The notes under the pieces are model-generated. The model made no database searches. It was not told where the DNA came from and worked only from the letters and a program-made list of their open reading frames with translations. From Candidatus Scatovivens sp. (GTDB lineage Bacteria; Bacillota; Clostridia; TANB77; CAG-508): a DNA stretch of 64,000 nt. Both the position numbers and the translations under genes were made by a program. How positions within the stretch are numbered: the stretch's first letter is position 1; each line of letters begins with the position of its first letter. Below are positions 41,225 to 51,908 of this stretch, one piece after another. The DNA lies in contig JAZRKN010000015.1 in assembly GCA_045646345.1 (NCBI GenBank), forward strand, positions 192,001 through 256,000, in the 5' to 3' direction.

Positions 41225-41818
41225 TTATAAATGATTATCTTTTTTCTTAAAAAATTTAAAGAAAAATTTATAAACTGGAATTTGTAATATCAAAAATGCA
41301 ATTATTCCTAATACATATTGATAACATCTAATTGTATAACAATAATACGCAAGACATATTGCACAAACATCTATCGAACCAAAAATAAGTGAAAATCCAA
41401 TTCTAACTGAAGTATCTGCTTTTTCTATTTGTTCTTCTGTTAGTTCATTTGGAACTTCTTCTGCTGCTTCCTCATCTTCAACAATTTCGTCTTCATCATA
41501 ATCAATATCATTTGACTCGATAGCTGCCCATTTTTCTTTATTATTTAAAAAATATCCTATTTTATTTTCATCTAACAGTTTTACAACATAATTTAAATCT
41601 ATCTTTTTTACAATTAAATAAAGAGTATAACCATTATTATATGTATTTTCAAAAAAGCTATTTTCTTGATTTTCTACTACTTCTAAAGCATAATCAATCA
41701 ATTTGTCTTTCATAATAGATTCAACAGCTTCTTTTTCTTTATGAAATTTACTATCTAAATCTGATATATCATTAGAAAATTGAAGTTCTATTTTTTGATA
41801 TATATCGTCCATATTCAT
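41225..41818 (-). CDS. Hypothetical acidic membrane protein, paralog of 40504..41169
   Basis: As above. Confidence 0.7.
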   Translation of the reverse strand: MNMDDIYQKIELQFSNDISDLDSKFHKEKEAVESIMKDKLIDYALEVVENQENSFFENTYNNGYTLYLIVKKIDLNYVVKLLDENKIGYFLNNKEKWAAIESNDIDYDEDEIVEDEEAAEEVPNELTEEQIEKADTSVRIGFSLIFGSIDVCAICLAYYCYTIRCYQYVLGIIAFLILQIPVYKFFFKFFKKKDNHL

Positions 41819-41828
41819 ACCTTTTATT

Positions 41829-42431
41829 TTATCTTGCTAAAATTGATAAACCTTTCTTAATTAATTCTTCAACAGAAACATCTGTATTGGCAATTTTCTC
41901 GAAAGCTTTTTCTATTTCTTTTTTGTTGTATCCTAATATTTGAAGAGCTTGCATTGCTTCTTCTACATTTTCACTATTATTAATTACTTTTATTTCTTCT
42001 TGAGCATCTTGTTTTGCAAGTTCTTGTTCTGATTTTAATTTATCTTGAAGTTCTAAAATAATTCTTTGAGCAGTTTTTGGTCCTATTCCTGGAATCTTTT
42101 TAAGAAGTGCAACATTATTTGAAATAATTGCACAAGCAAATCCAGCTGGAGTAATATTAGAAAGCATACTAATTGCAGATTTTGCTCCTATTCCACTTAC
42201 TGATAATAAAAGCTCAAACATTTTTAATTCTTCATGTGTTAAGAATCCATATAAACTAATATTATCTTCTCTTACATAATAATGTGTATGAACCTTAACT
42301 TTATTTCCTAATTCTCCTATTTCATTTATAGAAATATTAGACATAAATATTTTATAACCAATTCCACCAACATCAATTACAACATAGTTAGTAGATTTTT
42401 CTTCTAAAGTACCTTTAATATACGCAAACAT
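41829..42431 (-). CDS. ruvA: Holliday junction branch migration protein RuvA
   Basis: VIDVGGIGY, VREDNISLYGF, VSGIGAK, IPGIGPKTAQRIILEL. Confidence 0.97.
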   Translation of the reverse strand: MFAYIKGTLEEKSTNYVVIDVGGIGYKIFMSNISINEIGELGNKVKVHTHYYVREDNISLYGFLTHEELKMFELLLSVSGIGAKSAISMLSNITPAGFACAIISNNVALLKKIPGIGPKTAQRIILELQDKLKSEQELAKQDAQEEIKVINNSENVEEAMQALQILGYNKKEIEKAFEKIANTDVSVEELIKKGLSILAR

Positions 42432-42590
42432 ACATAATCTCCTTCGTTTAATACAAACATCTTTTTGCTACATTCTATCACATATATATAAATTTTCAAG
42501 CAGTTTTATAAAAAATATTAATTAATTATTTTCCTAAAAAAACTAAAAAGCCACCGAATTTAATCAGTGGCCTTTAGCTTATTTTGATAT

Positions 42591-43037
42591 TTACTTTTTC
42601 TTTACAATTTTCACATAGGTATCAAAGAAATTCACCTTTACATCCCAGTATTCATCCTGGAAAAACCACACTCTGATTTCATGCTGTTCATAATGAAGTT
42701 CAAAGGAATCTCCTTTACCAGATTCACTCATCCATGCACCATTAGGATTTTTCATAAAACAGTTTCCGCCAATAATACGGTACTTGGCGTTTTCATACAT
42801 TTTCACATCATTAAAAACGCGAATAATGCAATTGGCCTGAGACGGTTTTACGAATTTCACTTCATAACCAAGCTCTTCAATCTGCTCAATCAACTTTTTT
42901 CTGAGTTGGTCCCATCTCAAATCCATAAAAACTCTTTTAGACTTCCTGTTTGCAGGATTTCCGTCTTTATCCAGTAAGTAAAAATCCCAGAGTTTCATTT
43001 CCCGAATTCTGGCTTTTTGCTCCTTTGTAAATATCAT
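42591..43037 (-). CDS. Hypothetical protein (cassette), paralog of 43113..43598
   Basis: Shared ANC.IR, G..CF.K...G.W, N.FD.Y.K. Confidence 0.75.
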   Translation of the reverse strand: MIFTKEQKARIREMKLWDFYLLDKDGNPANRKSKRVFMDLRWDQLRKKLIEQIEELGYEVKFVKPSQANCIIRVFNDVKMYENAKYRIIGGNCFMKNPNGAWMSESGKGDSFELHYEQHEIRVWFFQDEYWDVKVNFFDTYVKIVKKK

Positions 43038-43112
43038 TTTGCTCCCCCCATTGAAGTTTTTGATTCGCAAAAGGCGATTTTGACATTTGTCTCTATCGCC
43101 TTTTACTTTGGT

Positions 43113-43598
43113 TTACTTGTGATGATCCACTTTGAGATACACATCAAAGTAATTTGCCGCCACAGGATTTTCGTAGACAGTCAGCAAAGACGTCCAGTAC
43201 GTAACCATGTAGTGTTTACCATGAGTGATCTCAACAAATTCGCCATCTTTGTTGATTCTCGTCCATCTGCCCATAAAGTCCTTTACAAAACATACAGCTC
43301 CGCAAAGTCCTCCCTGAACATCGTTGATTTTGAGTTCTTTTCGATAGATGCGAATTACGCAGTTTGCAGCTTCCGGAGATACTATGTAGTGAGAAAATCC
43401 AGAATCAGTTAGTTTGTCTAACATCTCCTTTTTCATCTCATCATAGGTCGGAATCGGCATTCTAGCATTTGCTTTGTAAGTATCCTCAAAATCTATTCTG
43501 GCTTCAATATTTCCAGATTGGACATACCAGTTAGTAGTATACTTACAAAAAACTGTTTCCATGCGTCTCAGTGTATTACATAATTGCCTGTTTAACAT
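43113..43598 (-). CDS. Hypothetical protein (cassette), paralog of 42591..43037
   Basis: GAGGTG RBS; promoter TTGATA-ttatgtaaatactgtgc-TAAAAT at 43663..43691. Confidence 0.75.
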   Translation of the reverse strand: MLNRQLCNTLRRMETVFCKYTTNWYVQSGNIEARIDFEDTYKANARMPIPTYDEMKKEMLDKLTDSGFSHYIVSPEAANCVIRIYRKELKINDVQGGLCGAVCFVKDFMGRWTRINKDGEFVEITHGKHYMVTYWTSLLTVYENPVAANYFDVYLKVDHHK

Positions 43599-43789
43599 CA
43601 CCATCACCTCTTGTAAATTTACAAATATGCGATTACTCGCACGACACTTGAGTTGCCTAACCATTTTAGCACAGTATTTACATAATATCAACAATTCTCA
43701 TAAAATACTTTAATTTTTTCAATATTTTTCAAGAAAATGCTTGACTTTTAAGGCTATTTGTATTAAAATAACTAAGCATTATATGTAAA

Positions 43790-43870
43790 AGTACGTGATT
43801 TTGAACTGACTTCTCCCCGGTAGTCTGGAAAATGAAGGTATTTTTATATAGAATCGGAAAATAAAATTAA
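43790..43870 (+). promoter_or_regulatory. Probable L13 leader of rplM-rpsI
   Basis: Structured 5' UTR (CTTC-TCCCCGG-TAGT-CTGG...GAAG) downstream of TTGACT...TAAAAT promoter. Confidence 0.4.
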
Positions 43871-43896
43871 AAATTGAAATGGAGGGTATTAGTACC

Positions 43897-44334
43897 ATGA
43901 ATAATACTACATATAGCCCAAAAGCTGGGGAAATTGAAAGAAAATGGTATGTAATCGATGCAACAGATAAATCTTTAGGTAGAGTAGCTACTGAAGTTGC
44001 AAGACTTTTAAGAGGAAAACACAAACCAACATTCACACCAAACCAAGATGTTGGAGATCATGTAATAGTAATAAATTGTAAAGACGCTGTTTTAACAGGA
44101 CACAAATTAGATCAAAAAATGTATAGACATCACTCAGGATTCATTGGAGGAATGAAAGAAACTCCAGCTAGAGTAATGATGGAAAAATCTCCTGAAAAAG
44201 CTATGTATTTAGCTGTTAAAGGTATGCTTCCTCATACAAAATTAGGAAGACAAATGATTAAAAAATTAAGAGTATATGCAGGTTCTGAACATGACAATGC
44301 AGCTCAAAAACCTGAAGTTTGGGAGGTTAAATAA
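43897..44334 (+). CDS. rplM: 50S ribosomal protein L13
   Basis: [29 protein letters not shown]. Confidence 0.99.
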   Translation: MNNTTYSPKAGEIERKWYVIDATDKSLGRVATEVARLLRGKHKPTFTPNQDVGDHVIVINCKDAVLTGHKLDQKMYRHHSGFIGGMKETPARVMMEKSPEKAMYLAVKGMLPHTKLGRQMIKKLRVYAGSEHDNAAQKPEVWEVK

Positions 44335-44336
44335 TT

Positions 44337-44741
44337 ATGGCAAAGAAAACTGAAAATATAGTATTCCAAGGAACTGGAAGAAGAAAAGAATCAATCGCAA
44401 GAGTAAGATTAATGGCTGGTAAAGGTGAAGTTACAGTTAATGGTAAAAAATTAGACGAATATTTCGGATCTGATATATTAAAAGTTATCGTTAACCAACC
44501 TTTCGCTGTTACAAATACAGTTGCTAAATATGATGTTGTAGTTAAAGTTGTTGGTGGAGGTTTAACAGGACAAGCTGGTGCTATCAGACATGGTATCGCT
44601 AGAGCATTAAACGAAGCTAACTCAGAATTCAGACCAGCTTTAAAAGCTGCTGGATTATTAACTAGAGATCCAAGAATGAAAGAAAGAAAAAAATACGGAA
44701 TGAAAAAAGCTAGAAAAGCTCCACAATTCTCAAAAAGATAA
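44337..44741 (+). CDS. rpsI: 30S ribosomal protein S9
   Basis: [32 protein letters not shown]. Confidence 0.99.
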   Translation: MAKKTENIVFQGTGRRKESIARVRLMAGKGEVTVNGKKLDEYFGSDILKVIVNQPFAVTNTVAKYDVVVKVVGGGLTGQAGAIRHGIARALNEANSEFRPALKAAGLLTRDPRMKERKKYGMKKARKAPQFSKR

Positions 44742-44873
44742 TCTTTCAAAAATATACAAAATCAAAGGAAGTATTTATATACTTCCTTTTTTGTTTTCTT
44801 ATTTATTTCCCCTATTTATAAAATGCAAAAAGCACTCGCCGATGCGAGCGCCTCTCCTGTCAAAGAAATTTTT

Positions 44874-45260
44874 TTAGTCAACCAGTTTAAGAATTCTTGC
44901 AAGTCTTGTTAAAAAACTCTTTTTCTTTGCACGAGCATTTTCTTTTTCTTGCTCGTTAATTGAATCTAAGTCTTCAAGTGCCACTTCCATTAAGTCATAA
45001 TCGTCGATAATTTCCATCAGAGCAGCTGGACTCTCAAAGAATATACATTTTGCCTTTGCCTTTTTGTTTTCTTTTTCGTCCTTGTCAGCAATTTCTAGAT
45101 ACTTCCACTCACCGACTTCCTTATCATGTTTTGCATATATGTAACCATATTTCATGCTACTAATGCAATCCATTTCTCTCCTTGCAATGTTTCTTAACAG
45201 TCTTCTGCTTTCTTTACTTTTCAATACTTCAGTGCTTACGCCAAATACCATTTCTCCCAT
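44874..45260 (-). CDS. Hypothetical protein (cassette)
   Basis: GAGG RBS, own terminator (44831..44852) and promoter, GC-richer than host genes. Confidence 0.65.
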   Translation of the reverse strand: MGEMVFGVSTEVLKSKESRRLLRNIARREMDCISSMKYGYIYAKHDKEVGEWKYLEIADKDEKENKKAKAKCIFFESPAALMEIIDDYDLMEVALEDLDSINEQEKENARAKKKSFLTRLARILKLVD

Positions 45261-45495
45261 GCTGTTTTTCCTCTTATTTTCTATCTTTGACAAAAATCTG
45301 TTAATACACTTTGTACTTATACAGATTTAACACACTAGTTACAATTATTATTATACAACATTTTCCTTTAAATTTCAATGCTTTCAGTTAAATGTTTACA
45401 TAATTTTCTGTTTAGTATTTATCATAAGCTTGTTTTAATTAATAAAACAAAAACCGAATTGAGCTTTCAATTCGGCTTTTATCTTTTATTTACTT

Positions 45496-48066
45496 TTAAC
45501 CAATTCTTGGTTTATTTCTTTTTGTAGATTCTTTTACATTAATTTTTGAAATTGAAGGAGTTCTTCTCTTTCTTATAACATTTATTAATCTGTATCTATA
45601 TACTAAAACTAATAATACAGATGCTATTGTTATAGTTTTAATTAAGTTTGCTCTATAATCTGTATCTCCTGTTTTTGGAGTATTATAGTTTGGATTAGTT
45701 CCTGGTTGAGGTGCAGGTTGTGCTGCTCCTTGACCATTTCCAGATGGTGCTACGTAATTTCCAACTTGTTTGAATTCAGACTCTATTGTTTCATCTTCTT
45801 CAATAACACCTTCTGTTTTAATTTTTGTAATTTCATCTTCTGTACTTTCATCAATTTCATATATTTTATAATTTAAGTTTACTGGTAAGGAACTAATTTC
45901 TATACTTTCACCTTTTTTTAATGTAAAGTTTGCAGAACCATTTCTGAACATTAAAGCACCATATCTACCTGTTAAATCTGAATTTTCAAATTCAATTGTA
46001 AATTTGTATTCTTTGTCTGCTGGATCAGCTGATGTTATAACTGTTTTCTTAACAATTAATGATCCACTTTTTTCTTTTCTGTTTTCAATTTTTATTGAGT
46101 TAATATTTGTTACAGTTTCTGTTAAATCTACTCTTTTATAAGTATTTAATCCTCCAGCCCAATTAGCATTTGTTGTTGCTTCTGGAGTACCTTGTTGTCC
46201 CATAAATATCCAATATAAACTACTTTCACCGTTATCAAAATATACAGTACACATTAATTTTCCTGAGTTATAATCAAACCAAAATGTAGTATTATAGTAT
46301 CTGTCTGTACCTTCATCTTTATATTTATCAGGGCTATCAACCATTGTCAATCTAAAATTATCTGGATTATTATCTGATGTTCCTGTTAGAGCTAAATATT
46401 TTCCATTATTTTCAAATTGCCATTGAAATTCATTTCCGTTATTATGAGCTGTCCACACTTGACTATCTAAAGGATTTGATTCATAAATTGTATTTCCATT
46501 AGCATCTTGAGTATATGTATCTATTATATCTAAACCACTTGCTGTAAATAAACTTCCTGTTGTTTGTTCATAATGAGAAAATCCTTTCCAAACATTATCG
46601 TTAGCCCAGTCAAAACCTGTAATTAAATATTTTTCTCCATCTTCAAAGTTTGTTGAATCAATCCAATAGCTATCTTCTATTACTTCTTCTTCTCTACCTA
46701 TTTCGTAGTAAGGTACATATCCAGGAATTTCTTTTTGTTGAATTGTATAATCAATGAATATTGCTTCACCATTTTCATCAACTATAAATCTTGGAATATC
46801 TGTAAATGTTCCTTTCCAATTATTGTCTTTATTTAAAACTAAAACTTTATCTTCAACTAATTCATTATTTGAAAATAGTTTAACTTCAACATTATCACTT
46901 GCATGATCTAATTGATCAATGTCACTCCATGTAACTTCAACTGGTATATCTACTTTTCCTTCATCTACAACATCAAACACATTTGTTTTGATTGATGCAT
47001 TTGAATAGCATCCACCTCTTTCAATGTAGTAGAATTTTAATGTATGTTTTGAATATTCTGTTTTATCAAATGTTTTTCCTGCTTTAGCAAAAATTTCATC
47101 TATTGTAGTTGTCTTTCCATATATTTCTGATTCATGACCTTCTACAGCTGTTACATCAGTTGTTACTGAAACTTCTCCAGTAGTTAAGTTAATTGTACCA
47201 CCTAATACATGGTGAATACCACCTAAGTCTAATACAAGAACATCATCTATGTAAATAAATGCATCATCATCTCCAGTAAAATTAAAAATTATATCTTTTC
47301 CATCTACTTTTCCGCCTTCAGCATAGAAGAAATTTGATTCAACTGTTAATGCGAAGTGGTGATTATATCCTTCATAATTCATATTCTCTAAAAATTCTGT
47401 TGGTCCCATATCTGTTTTACTTGGGTTATATTGATCAAATGGGAAGAATCCAGCTTTTGTTTTATTTCCTGAATTATTTAATGCCCACATATTTTTCACT
47501 TCATATACATCATATGTGTCATTGTATACAACAAAGTCTCCACCATTTCCTTGGTTTACATCATAATATGCATAGTTTTTTGTACAGTCATATATATAAT
47601 ATCCATCTTCTTTTTTAAATAAATTGTTTAAATCTTTATAAACTTTTTTGGCACCTTCTATATCATTATCATCAAATAATGCTTTTAAGCTATTTCCATT
47701 TACAGAAACCGGATATCCATCTGCACCTATAATATTTTTATAAATACCTTGTCTTGCAATTGCATCTCCTGTATATGTATTTTCATCTCCTATTAACGAA
47801 GGAGATCCACCTTGTCCAAAGAAATATAAATCAGTATATTGATTTATTCCTACTGTTGAATGATTATTTGGAAAATTGTTTGGACTATCTTCTGTTTCAT
47901 AATCTATTAAATTAATTTTAACACCTGTTGATTTCGTATCTTCAGTTTTTATTGTTTTAGGAATGTCTGCTGCGGCTGCATTTGACTTTTGCATTGGTAA
48001 TCCAATCAATAATCCAACACTAATTAAAATAAATAAAACAGTAATAAGTTTTAATTTTTTTGACAT
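45496..48066 (-). CDS. Sortase-anchored surface protein: fibro-slime/PA14-like, Cna-B and pilin-type Ig domains
   Basis: Signal peptide, FTGDDDAFIYIDDVLVLDLGGIH, FYYIERG, NNWKGTFTDIP, PKTGD plus TM and basic tail. Confidence 0.88.
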   Translation of the reverse strand: MSKKLKLITVLFILISVGLLIGLPMQKSNAAAADIPKTIKTEDTKSTGVKINLIDYETEDSPNNFPNNHSTVGINQYTDLYFFGQGGSPSLIGDENTYTGDAIARQGIYKNIIGADGYPVSVNGNSLKALFDDNDIEGAKKVYKDLNNLFKKEDGYYIYDCTKNYAYYDVNQGNGGDFVVYNDTYDVYEVKNMWALNNSGNKTKAGFFPFDQYNPSKTDMGPTEFLENMNYEGYNHHFALTVESNFFYAEGGKVDGKDIIFNFTGDDDAFIYIDDVLVLDLGGIHHVLGGTINLTTGEVSVTTDVTAVEGHESEIYGKTTTIDEIFAKAGKTFDKTEYSKHTLKFYYIERGGCYSNASIKTNVFDVVDEGKVDIPVEVTWSDIDQLDHASDNVEVKLFSNNELVEDKVLVLNKDNNWKGTFTDIPRFIVDENGEAIFIDYTIQQKEIPGYVPYYEIGREEEVIEDSYWIDSTNFEDGEKYLITGFDWANDNVWKGFSHYEQTTGSLFTASGLDIIDTYTQDANGNTIYESNPLDSQVWTAHNNGNEFQWQFENNGKYLALTGTSDNNPDNFRLTMVDSPDKYKDEGTDRYYNTTFWFDYNSGKLMCTVYFDNGESSLYWIFMGQQGTPEATTNANWAGGLNTYKRVDLTETVTNINSIKIENRKEKSGSLIVKKTVITSADPADKEYKFTIEFENSDLTGRYGALMFRNGSANFTLKKGESIEISSLPVNLNYKIYEIDESTEDEITKIKTEGVIEEDETIESEFKQVGNYVAPSGNGQGAAQPAPQPGTNPNYNTPKTGDTDYRANLIKTITIASVLLVLVYRYRLINVIRKRRTPSISKINVKESTKRNKPRIG

Positions 48067-48087
48067 TTTTTCTACCTCTTTCGTATA

Positions 48088-48852
48088 TTATTTTATTTTC
48101 TTTGCTACTACAACTAATCTTCCATCCTCTTGAGAATATTCACAAGTTGACAATGTAAGAAGCTTTTCTCCATATTCTGCTGTAAGATCAATTTTATATA
48201 AAGATTTTTCTTTAACTTTATTTATATAATCTTCATATTCTGCTACTTCTGTCATATCATGATATTCATAATATTTAAACTCTTCATCAGTTGCTAAGAT
48301 TTTAAATACAGATATTACTTCATAATTTCTTTTAAAAGTAACACCATCTTTTAAAACAAATAATTCTATTATTTTGTTTTCTTCATAAAATTCTTTATTT
48401 TTATATTTTTCTAAATCTGCAAACATCATTCCATTTTTCATATGATGTCCGTAAATAATTGTATTATCGTCTAAATTAATATCACAATATTCAGCTGCAA
48501 AAGGAAGACCATATTTAGAATATTTCTTTTCAAAATCCCTATGTAAGTAATAATCATTTTCTTTTTGCATTACTGGATAATTAATACTAGTTCCTTCAAT
48601 CTTTATCCAACCAACAGTATCACTATTTTTCTCAAATAACTTTTGTAAATCTGGCATTACTTCTTCATAATTCGTATCACTACTTTTTTCAGTTTCAACA
48701 TTTGAAATTTGAGCAAGCTCTTCAAATCCAGATTTTCTATTTTTCTCTTCTTTTAAGTCTCTTATTAATAAAATTGAACAAACTAATATTACAATGCTTA
48801 ATATAAAAATTAATTGTTTTGTAATTTTATCTTTCAATTTCTTTGGTTTCAA
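48088..48852 (-). CDS. srtB: Class B sortase
   Basis: GWIKIEGTSINYPVMQ, YLHRDF, IYGHHMKNGMMF, LTLSTC, RLVV. Confidence 0.95.
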   Translation of the reverse strand: MKPKKLKDKITKQLIFILSIVILVCSILLIRDLKEEKNRKSGFEELAQISNVETEKSSDTNYEEVMPDLQKLFEKNSDTVGWIKIEGTSINYPVMQKENDYYLHRDFEKKYSKYGLPFAAEYCDINLDDNTIIYGHHMKNGMMFADLEKYKNKEFYEENKIIELFVLKDGVTFKRNYEVISVFKILATDEEFKYYEYHDMTEVAEYEDYINKVKEKSLYKIDLTAEYGEKLLTLSTCEYSQEDGRLVVVAKKIK

Positions 48853-49040
48853 GTATATATTTCTCCCGATATTTACTGAATATTTTTCAATCTATATTAT
48901 ATTCTTAAGTTCTATTTATTACCAATATATTTAAGTTAAATTTATGATACAAATATATTACAAAAATAATCTAAAAACATTGATACAAAAGAAAAAGAAG
49001 TAGATATTACTTTTCTACTTCTCTACGATTTTACTTTATT

Positions 49041-50060
49041 TTATTCTTCAACTTCTATCAAACCTTCACTTGTAAATCTTACTGTTTGGTCTCCTTCAAA
49101 CGCAACATAGTTTGTAACACCTTTGTCTTTCATCCATTCATTTCTAACAATTAAAGTTTGCCATGAACCAGAGTTTTCTCCTCCACCATTATCATTATTC
49201 CAAAGCCATTTTGGAGAATTGTAAAAACAAACGTCAGGATCAATTGCATCATAAACTTCTTTTGTTACTCCATTTTGTCCATGATGAGCCATCTGAACAG
49301 CATCAGCTTTTAATTTATCTTTGTGTTCATTTAAAAGTTCTTCACTAGCTTTTTTCATTGCATCACCTAAAAATATCATAGACTTATTTACATCTTCTGC
49401 AGTTACTTTAAATACCATACTAGCTTCGTTACCATTATCTGAATTTGTTATTTCAGGATTTGCTACTCTTATAATATCACATCTTATATTATCTATTTTT
49501 ATAACTTGTCCCTCTTGGCAATTTACTATATTTTTTATTTTATTACTTGAAAGGCTTTCTAAAAATGCATGTTCTGATTCATATCCTCTTTTATCATGCT
49601 CTTTATACCATTCATCTGATAAAAGTGAAACATATATATTTTCAATTTGTAAATTATTCTCTTGTTTAATTAAATCACATATAGCACCAACATGATCACT
49701 ATGAGCATGTGTTATAAACCAATGATCTACTTTACCATTACCATATTTATCTATAAAAAATTTTACTAAATCTGTATCGAAGTTTCTTCCACCATCAATA
49801 AGAATTACTTCATTATTTTTAGTTTTTATTAAATATCCCATGGAATTAACGTTACCTTTATTCTCTTGGTTACTTCCACCAAACATTATAACTGTCATTC
49901 CTTCTATAGATTTCTCATAATCTAATAATTCTTCATTAATACAAGCTATATGCTCTTCCCCTACTTTTTTTATAAAGCAAAATCTAATAGCTATTCCTAA
50001 TATAAGAATTAAAACACAAATTAAAAATATTACTCCGAATTTTTTCATTTTTTTCTCCAT
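49041..50060 (-). CDS. Membrane-anchored MBL-fold hydrolase (ComEC/Pce-like)
   Basis: LIDGG, THAHSDHVG, FLGD, MAHHG. Confidence 0.85.
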   Translation of the reverse strand: MEKKMKKFGVIFLICVLILILGIAIRFCFIKKVGEEHIACINEELLDYEKSIEGMTVIMFGGSNQENKGNVNSMGYLIKTKNNEVILIDGGRNFDTDLVKFFIDKYGNGKVDHWFITHAHSDHVGAICDLIKQENNLQIENIYVSLLSDEWYKEHDKRGYESEHAFLESLSSNKIKNIVNCQEGQVIKIDNIRCDIIRVANPEITNSDNGNEASMVFKVTAEDVNKSMIFLGDAMKKASEELLNEHKDKLKADAVQMAHHGQNGVTKEVYDAIDPDVCFYNSPKWLWNNDNGGGENSGSWQTLIVRNEWMKDKGVTNYVAFEGDQTVRFTSEGLIEVEE

Positions 50061-50107
50061 TTAATAATTGATAAATTACTGCATTTAATTTCTTTATGTA
50101 TTATATT

Positions 50108-50680
50108 TTATAAAACTAAAATTCCTAAATGTTCTAATAAGATCTTAAGACCAATTAATATTAAAACTATTCCACCAGCAAGCTCTGCTTTTTTCTCGTA
50201 TTTATCTCCAAATACATTTCCTAATTTTACACCTATACAAGATAGCGCAAATGTTATTAATGTTATTAATAATACTGATAAAACTATATTTACTTCTAAG
50301 AATGCAAATGTTACACCTACTGCTAAAGCATCTATGCTAGTTGCAACAGCTAGAATAAACATTGTTTTAAAATCTACTTTATCATCTAATTCATCATCTT
50401 CTTCTCTTTTTGATAAAGCTTCTTTTATCATATTTCCACCAATAAATGCTAATAATCCAAAAGCAATCCAGTGATCTATGAATTTAATACTTTGTTCAAA
50501 TCCCACTCCTAGTAAATATCCAATTATAGGCATACCACCTTGGAATAGACCAAAGTATAAACCTATAATTAAAGCTTTTTTCCAGTCCATCTTTTTCATA
50601 GATAAACCTTTACAAATTGATACTGCAAAAGCATCCATTGCTAAACTTATTGCTATTAAAATAATTTCTATTAATCCCAT
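50108..50680 (-). CDS. mntP: Manganese efflux pump MntP
   Basis: [26 protein letters not shown]. Confidence 0.95.
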   Translation of the reverse strand: MGLIEIILIAISLAMDAFAVSICKGLSMKKMDWKKALIIGLYFGLFQGGMPIIGYLLGVGFEQSIKFIDHWIAFGLLAFIGGNMIKEALSKREEDDELDDKVDFKTMFILAVATSIDALAVGVTFAFLEVNIVLSVLLITLITFALSCIGVKLGNVFGDKYEKKAELAGGIVLILIGLKILLEHLGILVL

Positions 50681-50720
50681 CTTACTCTCCTATTGTATCT
50701 TTTTTTATTCTCTCATTTTA

Positions 50721-51596
50721 TTATTTATCGAATTTGCCTCTAAATCCACACCTTTTACATAAATTGTGCAATATTTTATTCTCTTCAAAGGCTTTTACAA
50801 ATTCTTTTGAATATTCAGAATTTATAATACTTTCAAAACTATTTTCAAATATATTTCCTAAGTTTATTATTCCTTCTCCATCTAAACAACATGGTACAAC
50901 ATCGCCATTTACAAGGATTGCCACCTGATTTCTTAATCCCCAGCAAGTTCCTTCTTCTGATATAATATCATTATCTAAACAAGGCCAAACAAATTCTAAG
51001 TCTTGATTTAAGAATGCATTTCGAGCAAGTTTTACAAATGAATTTTCTCTTGCTTTTTCTGTTAAATTTTCCACAGAATATGCACATTCTAATCTTTTTA
51101 ATATATGTAAATTTTCACTATTTTCGGAAATATTTTCTAAATTCCAAAGTCTGTATGAAATTATAATATTTGTTTTTTCTAAAATTTCTTTTGAAGTACT
51201 TAGTACATTATTAATATATGTTTCAAAATTATAAGTATCTGTATTTTCATTTTTTGTTATACTGTGAAGTGATAAATTTAATTGTCTAACTGCTTTGCTT
51301 GAAATTAAAATATCTTTATTCTTCTCAAGTAAAGTCGCATTAGTAGTAATGTTTACTAATATATTTTCTTTTTCACAAATATCTAATATCTCTTTTAGCT
51401 TTGGATGTAAAAGTGGCTCACCTTTTACATGAAGAGCAATTAAATTTGTATACGGTTTTATCTGATTAATTATTATCTCAAAATTTTCGACCGAAATAAA
51501 TTCTTTTATTCTTTTCCCTTCTGGACAAAAAGAACATTTTAAATTACAAGAATTTGTTATTTCTATATATATTTTCTTAAATCTTTTTTTCTCCAT
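50721..51596 (-). CDS. Radical SAM protein with SPASM/Twitch domain
   Basis: CNLKCSFC, GEPLLHP, C...GDVVPCC...LGN...CKRC. Confidence 0.9.
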   Translation of the reverse strand: MEKKRFKKIYIEITNSCNLKCSFCPEGKRIKEFISVENFEIIINQIKPYTNLIALHVKGEPLLHPKLKEILDICEKENILVNITTNATLLEKNKDILISSKAVRQLNLSLHSITKNENTDTYNFETYINNVLSTSKEILEKTNIIISYRLWNLENISENSENLHILKRLECAYSVENLTEKARENSFVKLARNAFLNQDLEFVWPCLDNDIISEEGTCWGLRNQVAILVNGDVVPCCLDGEGIINLGNIFENSFESIINSEYSKEFVKAFEENKILHNLCKRCGFRGKFDK

Positions 51597-51749
51597 AAAA
51601 TATTCTTTCCTTAAACCAATTATCCTAAGTTCATTATTATAACTTTATTTACTTTTGTAATTATATCATTTTATATATGTAATTTAAAGATTTTTAAAAC
51701 AAAATAATTTTAGAATTAAAACATTATTTTATATGTAAACATCACGAAT

Positions 51750-51778
51750 TTGACCTTTTTTATGTAAAGTGCTATAAT
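51750..51778 (+). promoter_or_regulatory. SigA promoter of orphan cassette, near-identical to 14630..14658
   Basis: TTGACC-ttttttatgtaaagtgc(17)-TATAAT. Confidence 0.8.
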
Positions 51779-51908
51779 TATATTACATAGGAATGCCCTA
51801 TTTTATATATAATAACCCTTTTAATCGCTCCAACTGGAGTGTTAACTTATACACCGGAACAATCAATCATTATCATACAACAGAACATCATAAAAAAGAG
51901 GTAATTAC

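Noticed and set aside
50681-50720. yybP-ykoY manganese riboswitch before mntP
   Set aside because: The intergenic gap is only 40 bp.
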